DNA from: Holophagae bacterium | GTDB taxonomy: Bacteria > Acidobacteriota > Holophagae > Acanthopleuribacterales > Acanthopleuribacteraceae | DNA: 64,000 bases | Assembly (NCBI GenBank): GCA_029263455.1 | Contig: JAJCXM010000020.1 | Coordinates: 186,753-250,752 of the forward strand | Reading direction: 5' to 3' | Part shown: positions 1 through 10,591 of the stretch, in pieces | How the letters are laid out: every line of letters starts with the position of its first letter | Position numbering within the stretch: position 1 is the first letter of the stretch | Notes under the pieces: model-generated | Seen by the model: the letters and a program-made list of their open reading frames with translations, nothing else | Database searches by the model: none | What the model was told of the DNA's origin: nothing | Translations under genes and position numbers: made by a program

Positions 1-1679
1 ATGCCCAGCGGAATATCTGCGCCAAGCAGGTGTAAGACAGTAGGGAAGACATCCTGATAACTCGCCAACGATTGCGAAAACTGAGCCTGTTGTTGCATCA
101 CTTGTTCTTCTTGGCCCGGAAGCCAAATGATGAATGGCATGCGGTAGGCGCGCATGGAGGCCAGGTTGACGCCGGTCAACGCTTGCATTTGGGCATATTC
201 GTCTTGGATGCCGGGTCCGGCATGGTCGCCAAAGAAAACAAACATCGTGTTGTCGTGGACGGCGCTCATCTCGTCAAGGAAGCTCCCGAGTGCAGCATCA
301 ACGTAATGACAGATGTTGAGGTACTGCTGAATGTTTGGTGCGTCCTTGAGGCTAGCAAACGCATAAGGCTGAGGTGCATCGGGATAGGGATGGTGGCTGG
401 ATAAGCTAATGACATAGGCGAAGAAGCGATCATTGACGCTTAGTTCCTGAGCTGTCTGTCGCAAGACATCCAGGTCATTGGGCCCCATGCCGAGGGTGGC
501 GTGTTGCTTGTAGCGTTCCCTGAACCACATGTCCGTAAACCCCAATGCCGGATGGTTGGCTCTCCGGTTCCAAAAATCGGCGTCGTTGGCATGGATAGAA
601 ATGGTTTGATAGCCCAAGTCACGCAGTGTTTCCGGCAAGGCGACTAAATCAAGATTCTCCGGGTAACTTAATGCGGCCACGCTGCGGTTATCTGGTAATA
701 ATCCGGCCAATACGCCGAACTCTGCGTCGGATGTTCCGCCGAGCGCAATATCATCCAAGAAATAGTCGCTTGAAAGTGATTGGCGTCTAAGTCGGTTCAG
801 TACCGGAGTGATTTCGACGCCGTCAACCACTAGGTCGAACAAGAAGTACTGGAAAGCTTCGATGGAAACCATTACTAGGTTGCGATCATTGGCCACGCCA
901 TGTAGCGGGCTTGTTTGATCATTGAGCGACTTGATGTGTGTCATTAAATCTGTGGCAAAGCTCAACTCGCCAGGACTTATTTGGCGAGGTTTGTGGCTCC
1001 ATCTTTGCAAGCCTGAATGGGCGAAATAGTTGATCAGACCTAGGGTTAAGGCAAACTCGCGTGGCGAACTTTGGTGCGGCAGGATGAACCGTTCTTGCGA
1101 TTGAGGTTCTTCCATGTGAACGGGAATATCTTCAATGTTTGATAGGCGCCTCGCCAGCACGGACGATTGCAAGGCAATAGCAAAAAAGAGGCAGGCAAAT
1201 ACCCAATCAACTTTGCGAAAACTGAGTCTGTTCTTTGGTGACCGGATGCTGAGTGTTTTGTGTCCGATGATGGCCGCGCCGATAATAATCACGGGAGCGA
1301 TCATTGCGGACCAGCCTAGTTCGTGGAAGAAACTGTCACGTACTTGCCAACCCTGACCAAAGAGCGCGAGGCTCTTCCAACCAAGAAAGGTTGAGAAAAA
1401 GCGAAAGTAGATCTGATTGGCGGTTAAGAAGGCGGACACAAGTAAGCCAAGAAAGGCATAAGACCACCAGCGCAAACGTGAGGGTATAAGTAAAACGATG
1501 AAGGCAGTGCCGCAGGGCAGCCAAAGTCGCCATGCCTCGCCCAACCACAACCATCCTCGTTGTTGGCGAAAGAGTTCAAGCAATGTTTGTCTGAAATCAT
1601 GTGGAGCTTGCGAACTAGCCCAAGCCATGATCTGCGACTCTTGGGCGTACAGAACGATCACCAACAAGCACATAAGCAT
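1..1679 (-). CDS. LTA-synthase/sulfatase-family (alkaline-phosphatase superfamily) membrane transferase, MdoB/LtaS-like; 3' end truncated by window start
   Basis: My manual minus-strand translation runs from position 3 up to a stop at 1773-1775 without interruption. The N-terminal third is multi-TM ('AMIAPVIIIGAAIIGH', 'LGLLVSAFLTANQIYF'). The C-terminal domain has sulfatase/LtaS hallmarks ('HANDADFWNR', 'YVISLSSHHPYP', 'NICHYVDAALGSFLDEM', 'NTMFVFFGDHAGPG'). It is absent from the ORF track only because it has no in-window stop. The start codon is uncertain: the first ATG after the stop is at 1677-1679, and a GTG at 1701-1703 is an alternative. Confidence 0.7.
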   Translation of the reverse strand, partial: MLMCLLVIVLYAQESQIMAWASSQAPHDFRQTLLELFRQQRGWLWLGEAWRLWLPCGTAFIVLLIPSRLRWWSYAFLGLLVSAFLTANQIYFRFFSTFLGWKSLALFGQGWQVRDSFFHELGWSAMIAPVIIIGAAIIGHKTLSIRSPKNRLSFRKVDWVFACLFFAIALQSSVLARRLSNIEDIPVHMEEPQSQERFILPHQSSPREFALTLGLINYFAHSGLQRWSHKPRQISPGELSFATDLMTHIKSLNDQTSPLHGVANDRNLVMVSIEAFQYFLFDLVVDGVEITPVLNRLRRQSLSSDYFLDDIALGGTSDAEFGVLAGLLPDNRSVAALSYPENLDLVALPETLRDLGYQTISIHANDADFWNRRANHPALGFTDMWFRERYKQHATLGMGPNDLDVLRQTAQELSVNDRFFAYVISLSSHHPYPDAPQPYAFASLKDAPNIQQYLNICHYVDAALGSFLDEMSAVHDNTMFVFFGDHAGPGIQDEYAQMQALTGVNLASMRAYRMPFIIWLPGQEEQVMQQQAQFSQSLASYQDVFPTVLHLLGADIPLG

Positions 1680-2026
1680 GAATTCGATGATCAATGCGCG
1701 CACAACGGCGTTCCCTTTTTGTGTTGTTGTCGGTTGCGCTGACGACAAATGCTCGCTCCTGTGTTGATTGGTTCAACATCCTAGCATTGCTGCGTTTCTT
1801 GAGTTGAGCTGACGGCGGTTAGCGATTGATTATTCTATGGTTAGTTAAACCGAAATGGGATTTTGCATATGAATGGTTGGGGTAGAGTTAACGAAGAGGT
1901 CGATGCGATCGACGACTAGTTGTAGAATAAGGTCCTTTCAAAATTACACCCCAATCGTAGTAGGTTCGTTTCGCGCTGATTTGTGGCACGCCATTACGTC
2001 TAGGGACGAGATACAGGGAGATTGAT

Positions 2027-5000
2027 ATGTTTCGATGGTCAACCATGATAGTCGTTCACTTCGCCTATTTTAGTTTTGCCCAAGTCGTGATCACAGAGAT
2101 CATGTACAACCCCAATTCGGCGGAGCCCTCGTCAAACGTGAGCCAGTTTGTGGAGATTGTTAATGTCACTGGCGTGCCGGTAGACCTGACGAATTGGGAA
2201 ATGGGCGATTCGCAAGATGACGAATGGAATGCGCTTCCCAGTGTTTCGATCCCCCCTTTCGGCATCCTGGTCGCCTTTGGCTCAACCACAGCCGAATTTA
2301 CCAGTGCTTGGGGTGCTGCGATAAATGGTAGTGCGGTGCTGGTTTCCTTTGCTGACTTGAGCCAGACCATGTTTAACCTGTCTAACAGCCCGTCTGCAAC
2401 TAATGAAACGGTAGCCATCCGCGATGCTGGCGACGTCATTATTGATGAAGTTAATTTTGACGACACATCGCCTTGGCCATCTGACAGTCCCGATGGGCCA
2501 TCCATTTATCTGACGATAGATGGTGCCACTGCTGTGGCTAATGGCGTCTTATTGAATGATGACGGTAGCAACTGGGCACGGTCCGCTGCGGGCGTCGATG
2601 GTGCGGTTGGAAACGTCATGACCACTATCTGGAACGGCGCCGATACGGGTTCGCCAGGCAACTTTCATGGTGATGGCGGCGTCAGTGCTTTCTTCTTAGT
2701 TAATGAGGTCGATGCGGTTACCGACAATGGCGATAACGCCGAATTTATTGAGATCCATGGACCCGCTAGTTCGAGTATGGATGGCTTTGTGCTTGTCCTA
2801 TACGACGGAGCCACAGACCAGTCTTACGACGCCATAGACCTGGACGGTTTCTCAACCAACGCCAACGGTTTTTTTGTGATTTGTATTGATGCCGCCAATG
2901 TGGAGAATTGTGACCTTGATGTGGCGGGCTCAAGTGCCTGGTTGAACGATGGCGTGGCAGCCGTCGCTATTTATGAAGACGATGCAACCAGTTTCCCCAA
3001 TGGAACGGCGGTCACCGATGTCAACTTGATTGATGCCGTTGTCTACGATACCGACGACGCCGATGACTCCGGCTTGATCGACGTGCTGACGCCAGCACAA
3101 GCTCAAATCAATGAGAACGGATTAAGCATGTCGTTAGCGCATGCCAATGCACGTCTACCAGATGGCGGCATGCCGCAAGTGACCTCGTCCTATGTCCAGC
3201 AGCCGCCAACACCAGGACTCACTAACCTGACTATTGCGGGCATTAAGATCAATGAATACGTGGCCAATCATGCCGGCATGGATATGGCCGAATTTGTTGA
3301 GATCCTTCACGAGCCGAACACGGATATTAGTAACTTCTGGGTGCTTCAAATCGAGGGTGACAGCGAAGATGGGCCCGGTGTGATTCATGCCGCCATTCAA
3401 TGCGGCATCACCAACGATGATGGACTCTGGTTTTCTGGATTTTCAGAAGACGTCTTTTCGAACGGCAGTATGACGCTACTTTTGGTCGATACCTTTACCG
3501 GTGCCTTACTTGACGATTTGGACACCAACGACGACGGCGTACTGGACACTACACCATGGATCGAAATCAAAGACCAGCTGGCGGTTAGCGACGCAGATAT
3601 TGGCGACCAAGTTTACTCGCCGATCCTTTTCCTGCCCGGATTTGACGGTGATATTTTTGCCCCCGGTGGCCTTTCCAGAATTCCAAACGGTCAGAACACA
3701 GGTATGACTTCAGATTGGAAGCGCAATAGCTTTTCAGGTGTGGGCATTCCTGGATTCACGGGCACAGTTGGCTCGAGCGAAGCCGCTAATACACCGAACG
3801 AAGCCAATAGCACTGTCCCGGGCATTTCTGCCGTTATTAACGAATTTGTGACCAGCCACGGGACGATCGTGGATGGTGTCTCGGAAGACCATGAATACTT
3901 GGAAATTTTTGGATTAGCTGAAGTCGACTATGCTGAATTTTCACTGCTGCAGATCGATGGTGATCTCGGTGGCAACCCAGGTAATATCATTTCTACCTAT
4001 ACACTTGGCGTCACGGATATCGGCGGATTTTGGGACACCGGCTTTTTGGACACGGTTCTCAGCAATAGTTCTGTCACCTTTCTCTTGGTAAAGAACTTCA
4101 ATGGCATGGTTAGTGACGATTTAGACAGCAATGATGACGGCGTATTTGATGCCACGCCTTGGGCGCTCATTCACGACAGCGTAGCGGTCATAACCGATGT
4201 AGGTGATTTAGCCTATTCGTCGACCGCGTTGGCGACTAATTTTGATGGGGTGATGTCTCCTCCGGCGGGTGCATCTAGAATTCCCAACGGACAGGACAGC
4301 AATATGGTGGCGGACTGGTCACGCAACGATTTTGACGGCGAAGGTTTGCCAGGCTTCCCGTCTGGCACTTTGGCTGCGCCTGAAGCGCTGAATACACCTG
4401 GGAATTACAATGTCACGACGGCTGCGTCTGGTCTAAATGCCATCATTAATGAATTCAATGCCAATCACACGGGCTCAGATGATCACGAATACATTGAAGT
4501 TTATGGGTTACCAGATACCAGCTACACGGATTTGTGGGTGTTGGTAGTCGAAGGTGACGACACCGAGAATCCGGGTTTAGTTGATCAATATTGGCAGGTA
4601 GGTCAAACCAATAGCGAAGGTTACTGGTTCTCCGGATTCTTGAATAATCAACTGGAAAACAATACGCTGACCTTGATGTTGGTGGAAGGGTTTAGCGGTC
4701 CCGTTGGCGTTGATATTGACGCCAACGACGATGGCGTCGTGGATGTGATGCCTTGGACGAATCTTGTCGATGACGTAGGCGTTCAGGACGACGGCATGAT
4801 GGATTTTGTTTATTCGGCATCCAATATGATGCAGGGTTTTGATGGTGTTGGGTTTACGGTAGGTGGCGCATCACGTATCCCCAATGGCGTAGATACTGAC
4901 ATGGTCGCGGATTGGTTGCGCAATGACTTTACGGGCGCTGGTTTAGAAGGCTTTATGGGGACATTAGACCCTATGGAGGCACTGAATACGCCAGGAATCG

Positions 5001-6538
5001 TCAACACCGATATGTTGCCGCCGGGAACAGGTGCCATCCTCAGCGAGTTTGTCATCGATCATACGGGCGCCGACACCCGTCAATTCATCGAAGTTTTTGG
5101 CTTGGCTCAAGTGTCTTATTACACAACCTGGATCCTGGTTGTTGACGCAGACCTGGACGGTAATCCGGGAAACATCGATCTCATTTTCCCCGTCGACTAT
5201 ATGAATAGTGCCGGGGTATGGGATACGGGCTACCTTAACGAGATGATCCCCATCGGCAGTCAAACCCTTTTGCTTGTAGAAGAATTTACCGGCATGGTTG
5301 GCGACGATTTGGATACCAACGACGACGGTGTCCTTGATCTGATGCCGTGGGACGTGGTCGCGGATTCGATATCCCTAATCGACAGTGACGCTGGCGACTT
5401 TACCTATAGCCCGGTTGTCTTGACGTTAGGTATGCGTGGACCGGTTGGCTTCCTTGGAGGCGCATCACGTGTGCCTTATGGACTGGATACCGACACCGCT
5501 TCCGACTGGATGGAAAATGACTTCGAAGGCGCCGGTCTTGACGGGTTCGTTGGTAACTTGGACTCCGGCGAAGCATTTAACTCTCGAGGTTTTGTCAATC
5601 GCGTTGGCGTGGACAATGGTGACTATTATGCAACGGCAGATGCTTCGAGCACGATGAACCTACGCGATTCACTGCACGCTATCATCCGCGATCATATCTA
5701 TTTCCCGTATACATCAGACTTCACCGATACATGGGATGTGTTGGAAATGGCAGACGAGGATCCCAATAACAGCGGCAACATCCTTTCGATCTATAAGAAT
5801 GCAACCTACCCCAAACAAGGCGGAGGTAACGCGTTTTATAATCGTGAGCATTCCTGGCCAAAATCCTTTGGCTTCCCCGATGACGAATTGAATGCCTATC
5901 CCTATACGGATATGCATCATTTGAGACTGGCCGATTCCGTTTACAACTCAACTCGAAACAACATCTCTTTTGGGACATGTAATGCGGGCTGTTCTGAATT
6001 GGTCACCGACGTCAATAACGGCGTTGGCGGAGGGTCAGGTATGTATCCAGGTAACTCCAACTGGCATACGGGCAGTGGCGGCAACGGCATTTTTGAAGTG
6101 TGGCAGGATCGGCGCGGTGACGTGGCACGTAGTCTCTTGTATTTGGACGTGCGCTACGAAGGCGGGAACCACACCATCACGGGCGCTTTTGAGCCTGACC
6201 TGATCCTTACCGACGATATAGGTCTCATCCAAACAACCGGTATTAACGGGTTAGTGGGTTACATGGGTCGCTTGGCGGTTTTATTGATGTGGCACCAGCA
6301 AGATCCTGTCAACGCACAGGAAGAACTGCGCAATGAGATTCTCTATCTTTGGCAAGGGAACCGGAACCCCTTTGTCGATCATCCCGAATGGGCTGACTGT
6401 GCGTTTGGTGATTGCTCCAACGTTTGTCTGGCTATTAATTTACCTGCTTGGAGAGTGGACCCCAGTCAATGTCAAGCAGGCATCACCACCATCCTGGATT
6501 TGGTGAGTATCAAGAACGGGACTTGTACATGTCCGTAG
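2027..6538 (+). CDS. Large secreted lamin-tail-domain (LTD) repeat protein with a C-terminal Endonuclease-I-family (EndA/Vvn-like) extracellular nuclease domain
   Basis: The 1503-aa ORF has a GGGAG RBS upstream and a hydrophobic N-terminal signal ('MIVVHFAYFSFAQV'). It contains at least six LTD-like signatures: 'ITEIMYNP...QFVEIVN', 'NEVDAVTDNGDNAEFIEIHG', 'INEYVANHAGMDMAEFVEIL', 'INEFVTSHG..DHEYLEIFG', 'INEFNANHTGSDDHEYIEVYG' and 'SEFVIDHTGADTRQFIEVFG'. There are about four internal repeats of roughly 230 aa ('LLLV..F.G...DDLD.NDDGV.D..PW....GGASRIPNG.D..M..DW.RNDF.G.GL.GF'). The C-terminal roughly 300 aa carry 'FYNREHSWPKSFGF' and 'LWQGNRNPFVDHPEW', which resemble the catalytic and C-terminal motifs of the Endonuclease I family. 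The Cys-containing tail ends 'TCTCP'. Confidence 0.65.
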   Translation: MFRWSTMIVVHFAYFSFAQVVITEIMYNPNSAEPSSNVSQFVEIVNVTGVPVDLTNWEMGDSQDDEWNALPSVSIPPFGILVAFGSTTAEFTSAWGAAINGSAVLVSFADLSQTMFNLSNSPSATNETVAIRDAGDVIIDEVNFDDTSPWPSDSPDGPSIYLTIDGATAVANGVLLNDDGSNWARSAAGVDGAVGNVMTTIWNGADTGSPGNFHGDGGVSAFFLVNEVDAVTDNGDNAEFIEIHGPASSSMDGFVLVLYDGATDQSYDAIDLDGFSTNANGFFVICIDAANVENCDLDVAGSSAWLNDGVAAVAIYEDDATSFPNGTAVTDVNLIDAVVYDTDDADDSGLIDVLTPAQAQINENGLSMSLAHANARLPDGGMPQVTSSYVQQPPTPGLTNLTIAGIKINEYVANHAGMDMAEFVEILHEPNTDISNFWVLQIEGDSEDGPGVIHAAIQCGITNDDGLWFSGFSEDVFSNGSMTLLLVDTFTGALLDDLDTNDDGVLDTTPWIEIKDQLAVSDADIGDQVYSPILFLPGFDGDIFAPGGLSRIPNGQNTGMTSDWKRNSFSGVGIPGFTGTVGSSEAANTPNEANSTVPGISAVINEFVTSHGTIVDGVSEDHEYLEIFGLAEVDYAEFSLLQIDGDLGGNPGNIISTYTLGVTDIGGFWDTGFLDTVLSNSSVTFLLVKNFNGMVSDDLDSNDDGVFDATPWALIHDSVAVITDVGDLAYSSTALATNFDGVMSPPAGASRIPNGQDSNMVADWSRNDFDGEGLPGFPSGTLAAPEALNTPGNYNVTTAASGLNAIINEFNANHTGSDDHEYIEVYGLPDTSYTDLWVLVVEGDDTENPGLVDQYWQVGQTNSEGYWFSGFLNNQLENNTLTLMLVEGFSGPVGVDIDANDDGVVDVMPWTNLVDDVGVQDDGMMDFVYSASNMMQGFDGVGFTVGGASRIPNGVDTDMVADWLRNDFTGAGLEGFMGTLDPMEALNTPGIVNTDMLPPGTGAILSEFVIDHTGADTRQFIEVFGLAQVSYYTTWILVVDADLDGNPGNIDLIFPVDYMNSAGVWDTGYLNEMIPIGSQTLLLVEEFTGMVGDDLDTNDDGVLDLMPWDVVADSISLIDSDAGDFTYSPVVLTLGMRGPVGFLGGASRVPYGLDTDTASDWMENDFEGAGLDGFVGNLDSGEAFNSRGFVNRVGVDNGDYYATADASSTMNLRDSLHAIIRDHIYFPYTSDFTDTWDVLEMADEDPNNSGNILSIYKNATYPKQGGGNAFYNREHSWPKSFGFPDDELNAYPYTDMHHLRLADSVYNSTRNNISFGTCNAGCSELVTDVNNGVGGGSGMYPGNSNWHTGSGGNGIFEVWQDRRGDVARSLLYLDVRYEGGNHTITGAFEPDLILTDDIGLIQTTGINGLVGYMGRLAVLLMWHQQDPVNAQEELRNEILYLWQGNRNPFVDHPEWADCAFGDCSNVCLAINLPAWRVDPSQCQAGITTILDLVSIKNGTCTCP

Positions 6539-6589
6539 GCCAAATGAAGGGCTGAAACATGCCCTGCTTGGTCTTGGGATCCAATTGAT

Positions 6590-7519
6590 ATGGTAGATGG
6601 CGGAATGGCTCATCTTCGAGCCAAGGCGCAGTTGATTGAACGACTGATTGAAGTTGGACAATTGGCACAGGCGACGTCGCTTACGAAAGAAATATTGACT
6701 GACTATCCCGAACACAGCGCATTTGTCGGTCTATTATCCTATATTTCAATACAAAAGGGCGATCTGACCGAAGCAATCCAGCTGCTACACGTAGCCTTAA
6801 AAATGGATCACGAGCATCAGGTTGTGCAGCACGTTCGTGGGATGATCGCCCTGAAACAGGGACAGTTTGATGTAGCTCTTGAGGCGGTTGATTTTGCTTT
6901 AAGACTGGCGCCTGAACATGTGAATTACCTTTTGCTCAAGTCAATTATTTTGTCTGCAAGCGGTCGTGGGAGTGAGTCGTTAGAAATAATGAATCGCGTG
7001 CTTGAGTTGGAGCCAGACTCTGCTAAGTTTAGAGTGGTCTGTGGAACCCTGCAATTGAAGTTTAAGAGCCTAAACGAAGCTGAAGAACAAGCCCTATCAG
7101 CACTAACAATGGAACCTAACAATTGTCGGGCCATGTTGTTGCTGGCGCATGTCTACTTCAGGCGAGGTTCCGTAAGTCGTGCATCGGAAGCAGCAAGTGA
7201 GGCTCTAAGGTTGTGTCCATCTGATAGTGAAGTAATTCGTATTAGCCATATTTATCAACCGAAAACATGGTGGGCAAAATGCTTAGTCACATGGGCTTGC
7301 TTAGAGGTCAAATTCTCATTGTTGAGATTCGTTGGAATTATTGGTGCCTTGGGCGCGCAACTGTTATTGGCTTTGTCTCTAATTGATGGGCCATATCGCC
7401 TAACGTTAAGAATCATCGCGGTTATGTTGTGGTGCCCAATGTTAATTCGATTAGCAACCAGGTTTTATTTTCGAAAGTCGTCCGCTGGAAAGAATCCGAT
7501 TGACTTGACCGAATTCTAA
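6590..7519 (+). CDS. TPR-repeat protein with C-terminal transmembrane segments
   Basis: 309-aa ORF with repeated TPR-like helical pairs ('EAIQLLHVALKMD', 'ALEAVDFALRLAPEH', 'LEIMNRVLELEPDS', 'AMLLLAHVYFRRG') and a hydrophobic C-terminal third ('IIGALGAQLLLALSLIDGPY', 'IIAVMLWCPMLIRL'). Confidence 0.5.
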   Translation: MVDGGMAHLRAKAQLIERLIEVGQLAQATSLTKEILTDYPEHSAFVGLLSYISIQKGDLTEAIQLLHVALKMDHEHQVVQHVRGMIALKQGQFDVALEAVDFALRLAPEHVNYLLLKSIILSASGRGSESLEIMNRVLELEPDSAKFRVVCGTLQLKFKSLNEAEEQALSALTMEPNNCRAMLLLAHVYFRRGSVSRASEAASEALRLCPSDSEVIRISHIYQPKTWWAKCLVTWACLEVKFSLLRFVGIIGALGAQLLLALSLIDGPYRLTLRIIAVMLWCPMLIRLATRFYFRKSSAGKNPIDLTEF

Positions 7520-7552
7520 TCAGCAACCAAACTCAAGTTGTCTCTTCAGTGA

Positions 7553-8272
7553 TTATTCTGCCGAAATTTTCACTAGGTTGTCAGTTCCTAGCCATTGGTC
7601 GCCTTGATGGGTGAGCCAGCGTCTGCTTTTGGGCAGTCTGAGACCTGCTCCTTGGGTCTCTCCCTCGAGTACGATGTACTCACCATCACCTTTCTCTTCG
7701 TCGCGATAAAAACGATATCCGATCAAGGCATAACTGCTGGGATCAAAATAGAAATACCAGATATCTCCGCCGACGTCAGGTTCATACGTGACTTTAACGG
7801 CTAGCGCCTCTTGATCATTAAATTGATCGGAGAAAGGCGCGCCCAGGTTCGTGCCGGGATCCCTGAGCTTCATCGGCAATCCCCAAAGATAGGTGTAGTA
7901 ATTACGCATGAGCTTAAGGCGTTCACAACTAAGGCGGTGTTCTTTCTTGAGCTCGTCGCTTACATCGGCTTTACCGTCTAGGGTCATTTCACAGGTGTCG
8001 GGATCGATTCTACCCGCCACCGTTACTTCCGATTGGCGGGTCATTTCAAATCGCTGTCCTGACACGTCAATCAACACGCTTGCGGCCCGTTTTGCTGCGT
8101 CGGGTATTTCATCTTCAAAATCAAGGCGGATGGCTTTGTTAAGGAAAATGCCATCAGGGTCGTGATACGCAATTGATTTGGATACCAGGGTTTGTGCATC
8201 GGGCAAATCTGACTGCGCGAATGCCATGGACAACGCGCTTAGCCAGAAGACCACACCAACAAAACATTTCAT
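7553..8272 (-). CDS. Secreted hypothetical protein
   Basis: 239-aa ORF with a classic signal peptide ('MKCFVGVVFWLSALSMAFAQS'). No recognisable catalytic motif. Confidence 0.5.
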   Translation of the reverse strand: MKCFVGVVFWLSALSMAFAQSDLPDAQTLVSKSIAYHDPDGIFLNKAIRLDFEDEIPDAAKRAASVLIDVSGQRFEMTRQSEVTVAGRIDPDTCEMTLDGKADVSDELKKEHRLSCERLKLMRNYYTYLWGLPMKLRDPGTNLGAPFSDQFNDQEALAVKVTYEPDVGGDIWYFYFDPSSYALIGYRFYRDEEKGDGEYIVLEGETQGAGLRLPKSRRWLTHQGDQWLGTDNLVKISAE

Positions 8273-8332
8273 GAATCCTCCGTGTCCATCTGATTTCTAC
8301 GACTTAGATCAACACCACAGCTGGGGTCATAA

Positions 8333-9499
8333 TTAAGGTAATGTGTCGCCTTTAATTTCGAACTCTGCTTTATAGTCGAGGCCCGGAATATCTGCCGTCA
8401 CTTCCAATAGCCAGCGTAAATTTTCTGAAGGTGGGACCATCAAACTGAAGGGTAGATATAACCCGGAGCGCCCACTATTCTGTGGGTAACTCTCGGTTTC
8501 GGCTAACACGTCCGGTTCTTTGTCTGAGCGAAACTTGACGGGTCTCTTTAATTGAATCTTGAAGCCATTGTCGAAACGTAACACGGCGTTATTTGTCAAA
8601 ACACATGACCATCGTTGACCGGCTTTAGGTGGTGCTTTAAGAGACAGGTTGGATAGGCCGAACTTTCGCCAGTGGATGGCGTCCAAAACAGCGGCGATGG
8701 CGAGGAGTGATCCGATTAACGGGAAAATCAATAGCATGGAGGTTAATAAATCGCCATCGGCCAATTTAGGCCAGGCAAACCAAGTGATAGGAATCGCGAA
8801 CAGGTTCCAGACAACGGCAATGACAATGTGGCGGACGATCTTTTTTGCGCCAGCTGTTTGGTAAAGACGCAGACCTTTTGTGGACGCCGTGCCTTGAATC
8901 GTTTTTATGTCGTCGGCAAGCGCCGGCTTGGGCGTCGTTTTTGATTTACTGATTGGTGCTGATTTGCTCTGACTCGATAAATGCTTAAACAGGCCAATAG
9001 CCACAACTTTCTTGAACAGTTGGTATCCGCTGAAGCCCATTATTCCGAATCCGGCACCGCCAAACATAAACACAAACACCATGTAAAAGATCAGCATGCC
9101 CCAACGCAGTTCAAGGTCGAGATAGGCTTCGGTTGGGTCCTCGGGATTGACATAGCATGGGACTTGTTGGTCTTCATCCATGGCTTTTCTAAGGCGATCG
9201 TAAACGCGTTCGTGATAGTCGCCGATGTTATCTGATCCTACGGTGAGCCCGACGCGCGTGCCACTGTAACGGCTGCCACCAAATTGGTAGTTGTAGCTGG
9301 CCGCGACTTCGTAGGTTGTTGAATCATCACTCGTATGTGAGTGTAAGTCGACACTCACCAGATGAGCTTTAACTTCTTGCCAAGTATTGGCACGCCGCCA
9401 CTGGTTCAAGACATTCAGTGTCATGAAGAACATCAAGACCCCGACCCCTGCGAAGGGAAGGGAGAACAGGAAAAGACAACCGGGCCCGCCGTTTTTCAC
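8333..9499 (-). CDS. Integral membrane protein (DUF3592-like N-terminus, multi-TM)
   Basis: 388-aa ORF. An N-terminal TM segment is followed by a W/Y-rich beta region ('YEVAASYNYQFGGSRYSGTRVGL') of the kind typical of DUF3592. Several further hydrophobic helices follow. Confidence 0.5.
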   Translation of the reverse strand: MKNGGPGCLFLFSLPFAGVGVLMFFMTLNVLNQWRRANTWQEVKAHLVSVDLHSHTSDDSTTYEVAASYNYQFGGSRYSGTRVGLTVGSDNIGDYHERVYDRLRKAMDEDQQVPCYVNPEDPTEAYLDLELRWGMLIFYMVFVFMFGGAGFGIMGFSGYQLFKKVVAIGLFKHLSSQSKSAPISKSKTTPKPALADDIKTIQGTASTKGLRLYQTAGAKKIVRHIVIAVVWNLFAIPITWFAWPKLADGDLLTSMLLIFPLIGSLLAIAAVLDAIHWRKFGLSNLSLKAPPKAGQRWSCVLTNNAVLRFDNGFKIQLKRPVKFRSDKEPDVLAETESYPQNSGRSGLYLPFSLMVPPSENLRWLLEVTADIPGLDYKAEFEIKGDTLP

Positions 9500-9777
9500 A
9501 TTTACCTCTGGATGATGATTGGCTGCTAGTTTAACTGAAAGCAGGCGAGCTTGGTCAACCGAAAGTTCGCAATCGGATAAGACCTTTCAATGGTAGGAAA
9601 GGTGTCATTTGCATCTATTTCAGAGCGCGGACGACGCCCTGCTGCCATCCTGCTGTCAGCAGTCTTCAAGAGTTGACCTGTGATCAGTGGGAATTTGATC
9701 TTGATAGCTATATATTAATTACATTGCCACGAACAATAAAGATGGTGGGCTAGGCTCGCCTCAATGAAGGAGTAACT

Positions 9778-10527
9778 ATGTTTCGGATATTATGTGTTGT
9801 GCTAGGCGTTTTGGGTCTGTTTGCAGGTGAAGGTGATGGACCGAAATTCTTTTCGGTTTACCAAGAACAAGTGAAGCCCAGTATGGTGGGTGCCTATGAA
9901 GAGGGTGCTAAAGCGATGATCGCTGTGTTAAAGGAGAAAACGGATCGTTCACCCTACGTGCGTTTCAATACGATATCGAATGATAAGTTCTTGTATACGT
10001 ATGTCACGCCGATCGAAAACTTTGCGGCGTTAGATTCGATGCGTTCAGCCTGGGACGAAACCTTCATGAGCTTGCCCCCAGAAATGCAGGGCAAAATGAT
10101 GGAATCCATGGAAACGGTTGATCACGTCAACACGTTTGTGGTGGGTCTGCGCCCCGAACTCTCGTATTCGCCCGAGAACATGAAGGTTTCCCCAGTTACC
10201 GCTAAATTCTTTCATTACAGCTTTTATTACGTCCTACCAGGCAAGGAACAGGCTTGGGAAGCGGTTGCCAAGGGTTTTAAGGACCTAATGGCCGAAAAGA
10301 AAATGGATGTCGGATTCTCGGTCTATCAGAAGTTTACCGGAGAGGATTTACCGGCCTATGCCGTTATTCACTTTGGCAATACGCAAACTGAGATCATGCA
10401 GTACTTCGAGTCATTCATGCAAACGGCTGGTGAGAAAGGGCAAAAGCTAGCTATGGAGGGTGTTTTGGCCACCCGCAAACACGAAACGATTTTTGGTATG
10501 GCACGTCCGGACCTGAGTTTGGAATAG
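9778..10527 (+). CDS. Secreted hypothetical protein
   Basis: 249-aa ORF with a GGAG-type RBS ('aaggagtaactATG') and a signal peptide ('[19 protein letters not shown]'). No recognisable domain. Confidence 0.5.
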   Translation: MFRILCVVLGVLGLFAGEGDGPKFFSVYQEQVKPSMVGAYEEGAKAMIAVLKEKTDRSPYVRFNTISNDKFLYTYVTPIENFAALDSMRSAWDETFMSLPPEMQGKMMESMETVDHVNTFVVGLRPELSYSPENMKVSPVTAKFFHYSFYYVLPGKEQAWEAVAKGFKDLMAEKKMDVGFSVYQKFTGEDLPAYAVIHFGNTQTEIMQYFESFMQTAGEKGQKLAMEGVLATRKHETIFGMARPDLSLE

Positions 10528-10591
10528 GGCCATCGGGACGGGTGTCTTCTCTAAGGAAGGCACCTGCCTTTTCTGCAAAAGGAGATGGTCA

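Noticed and set aside
72-404. 110-aa + strand ORF, plus several other short + strand ORFs (1135-1767), in the first 1.8 kb
   Set aside because: They lie antisense to a continuous minus-strand reading frame encoding a recognisable LtaS/sulfatase-family protein, and have no motifs of their own.
2065-6232. Multiple 60-150-aa minus-strand ORFs inside the LTD-nuclease gene (for example 2065-2505, 3155-3400, 4964-5263)
   Set aside because: They are antisense to a 1503-aa ORF with clear domain signatures and have no motifs of their own.
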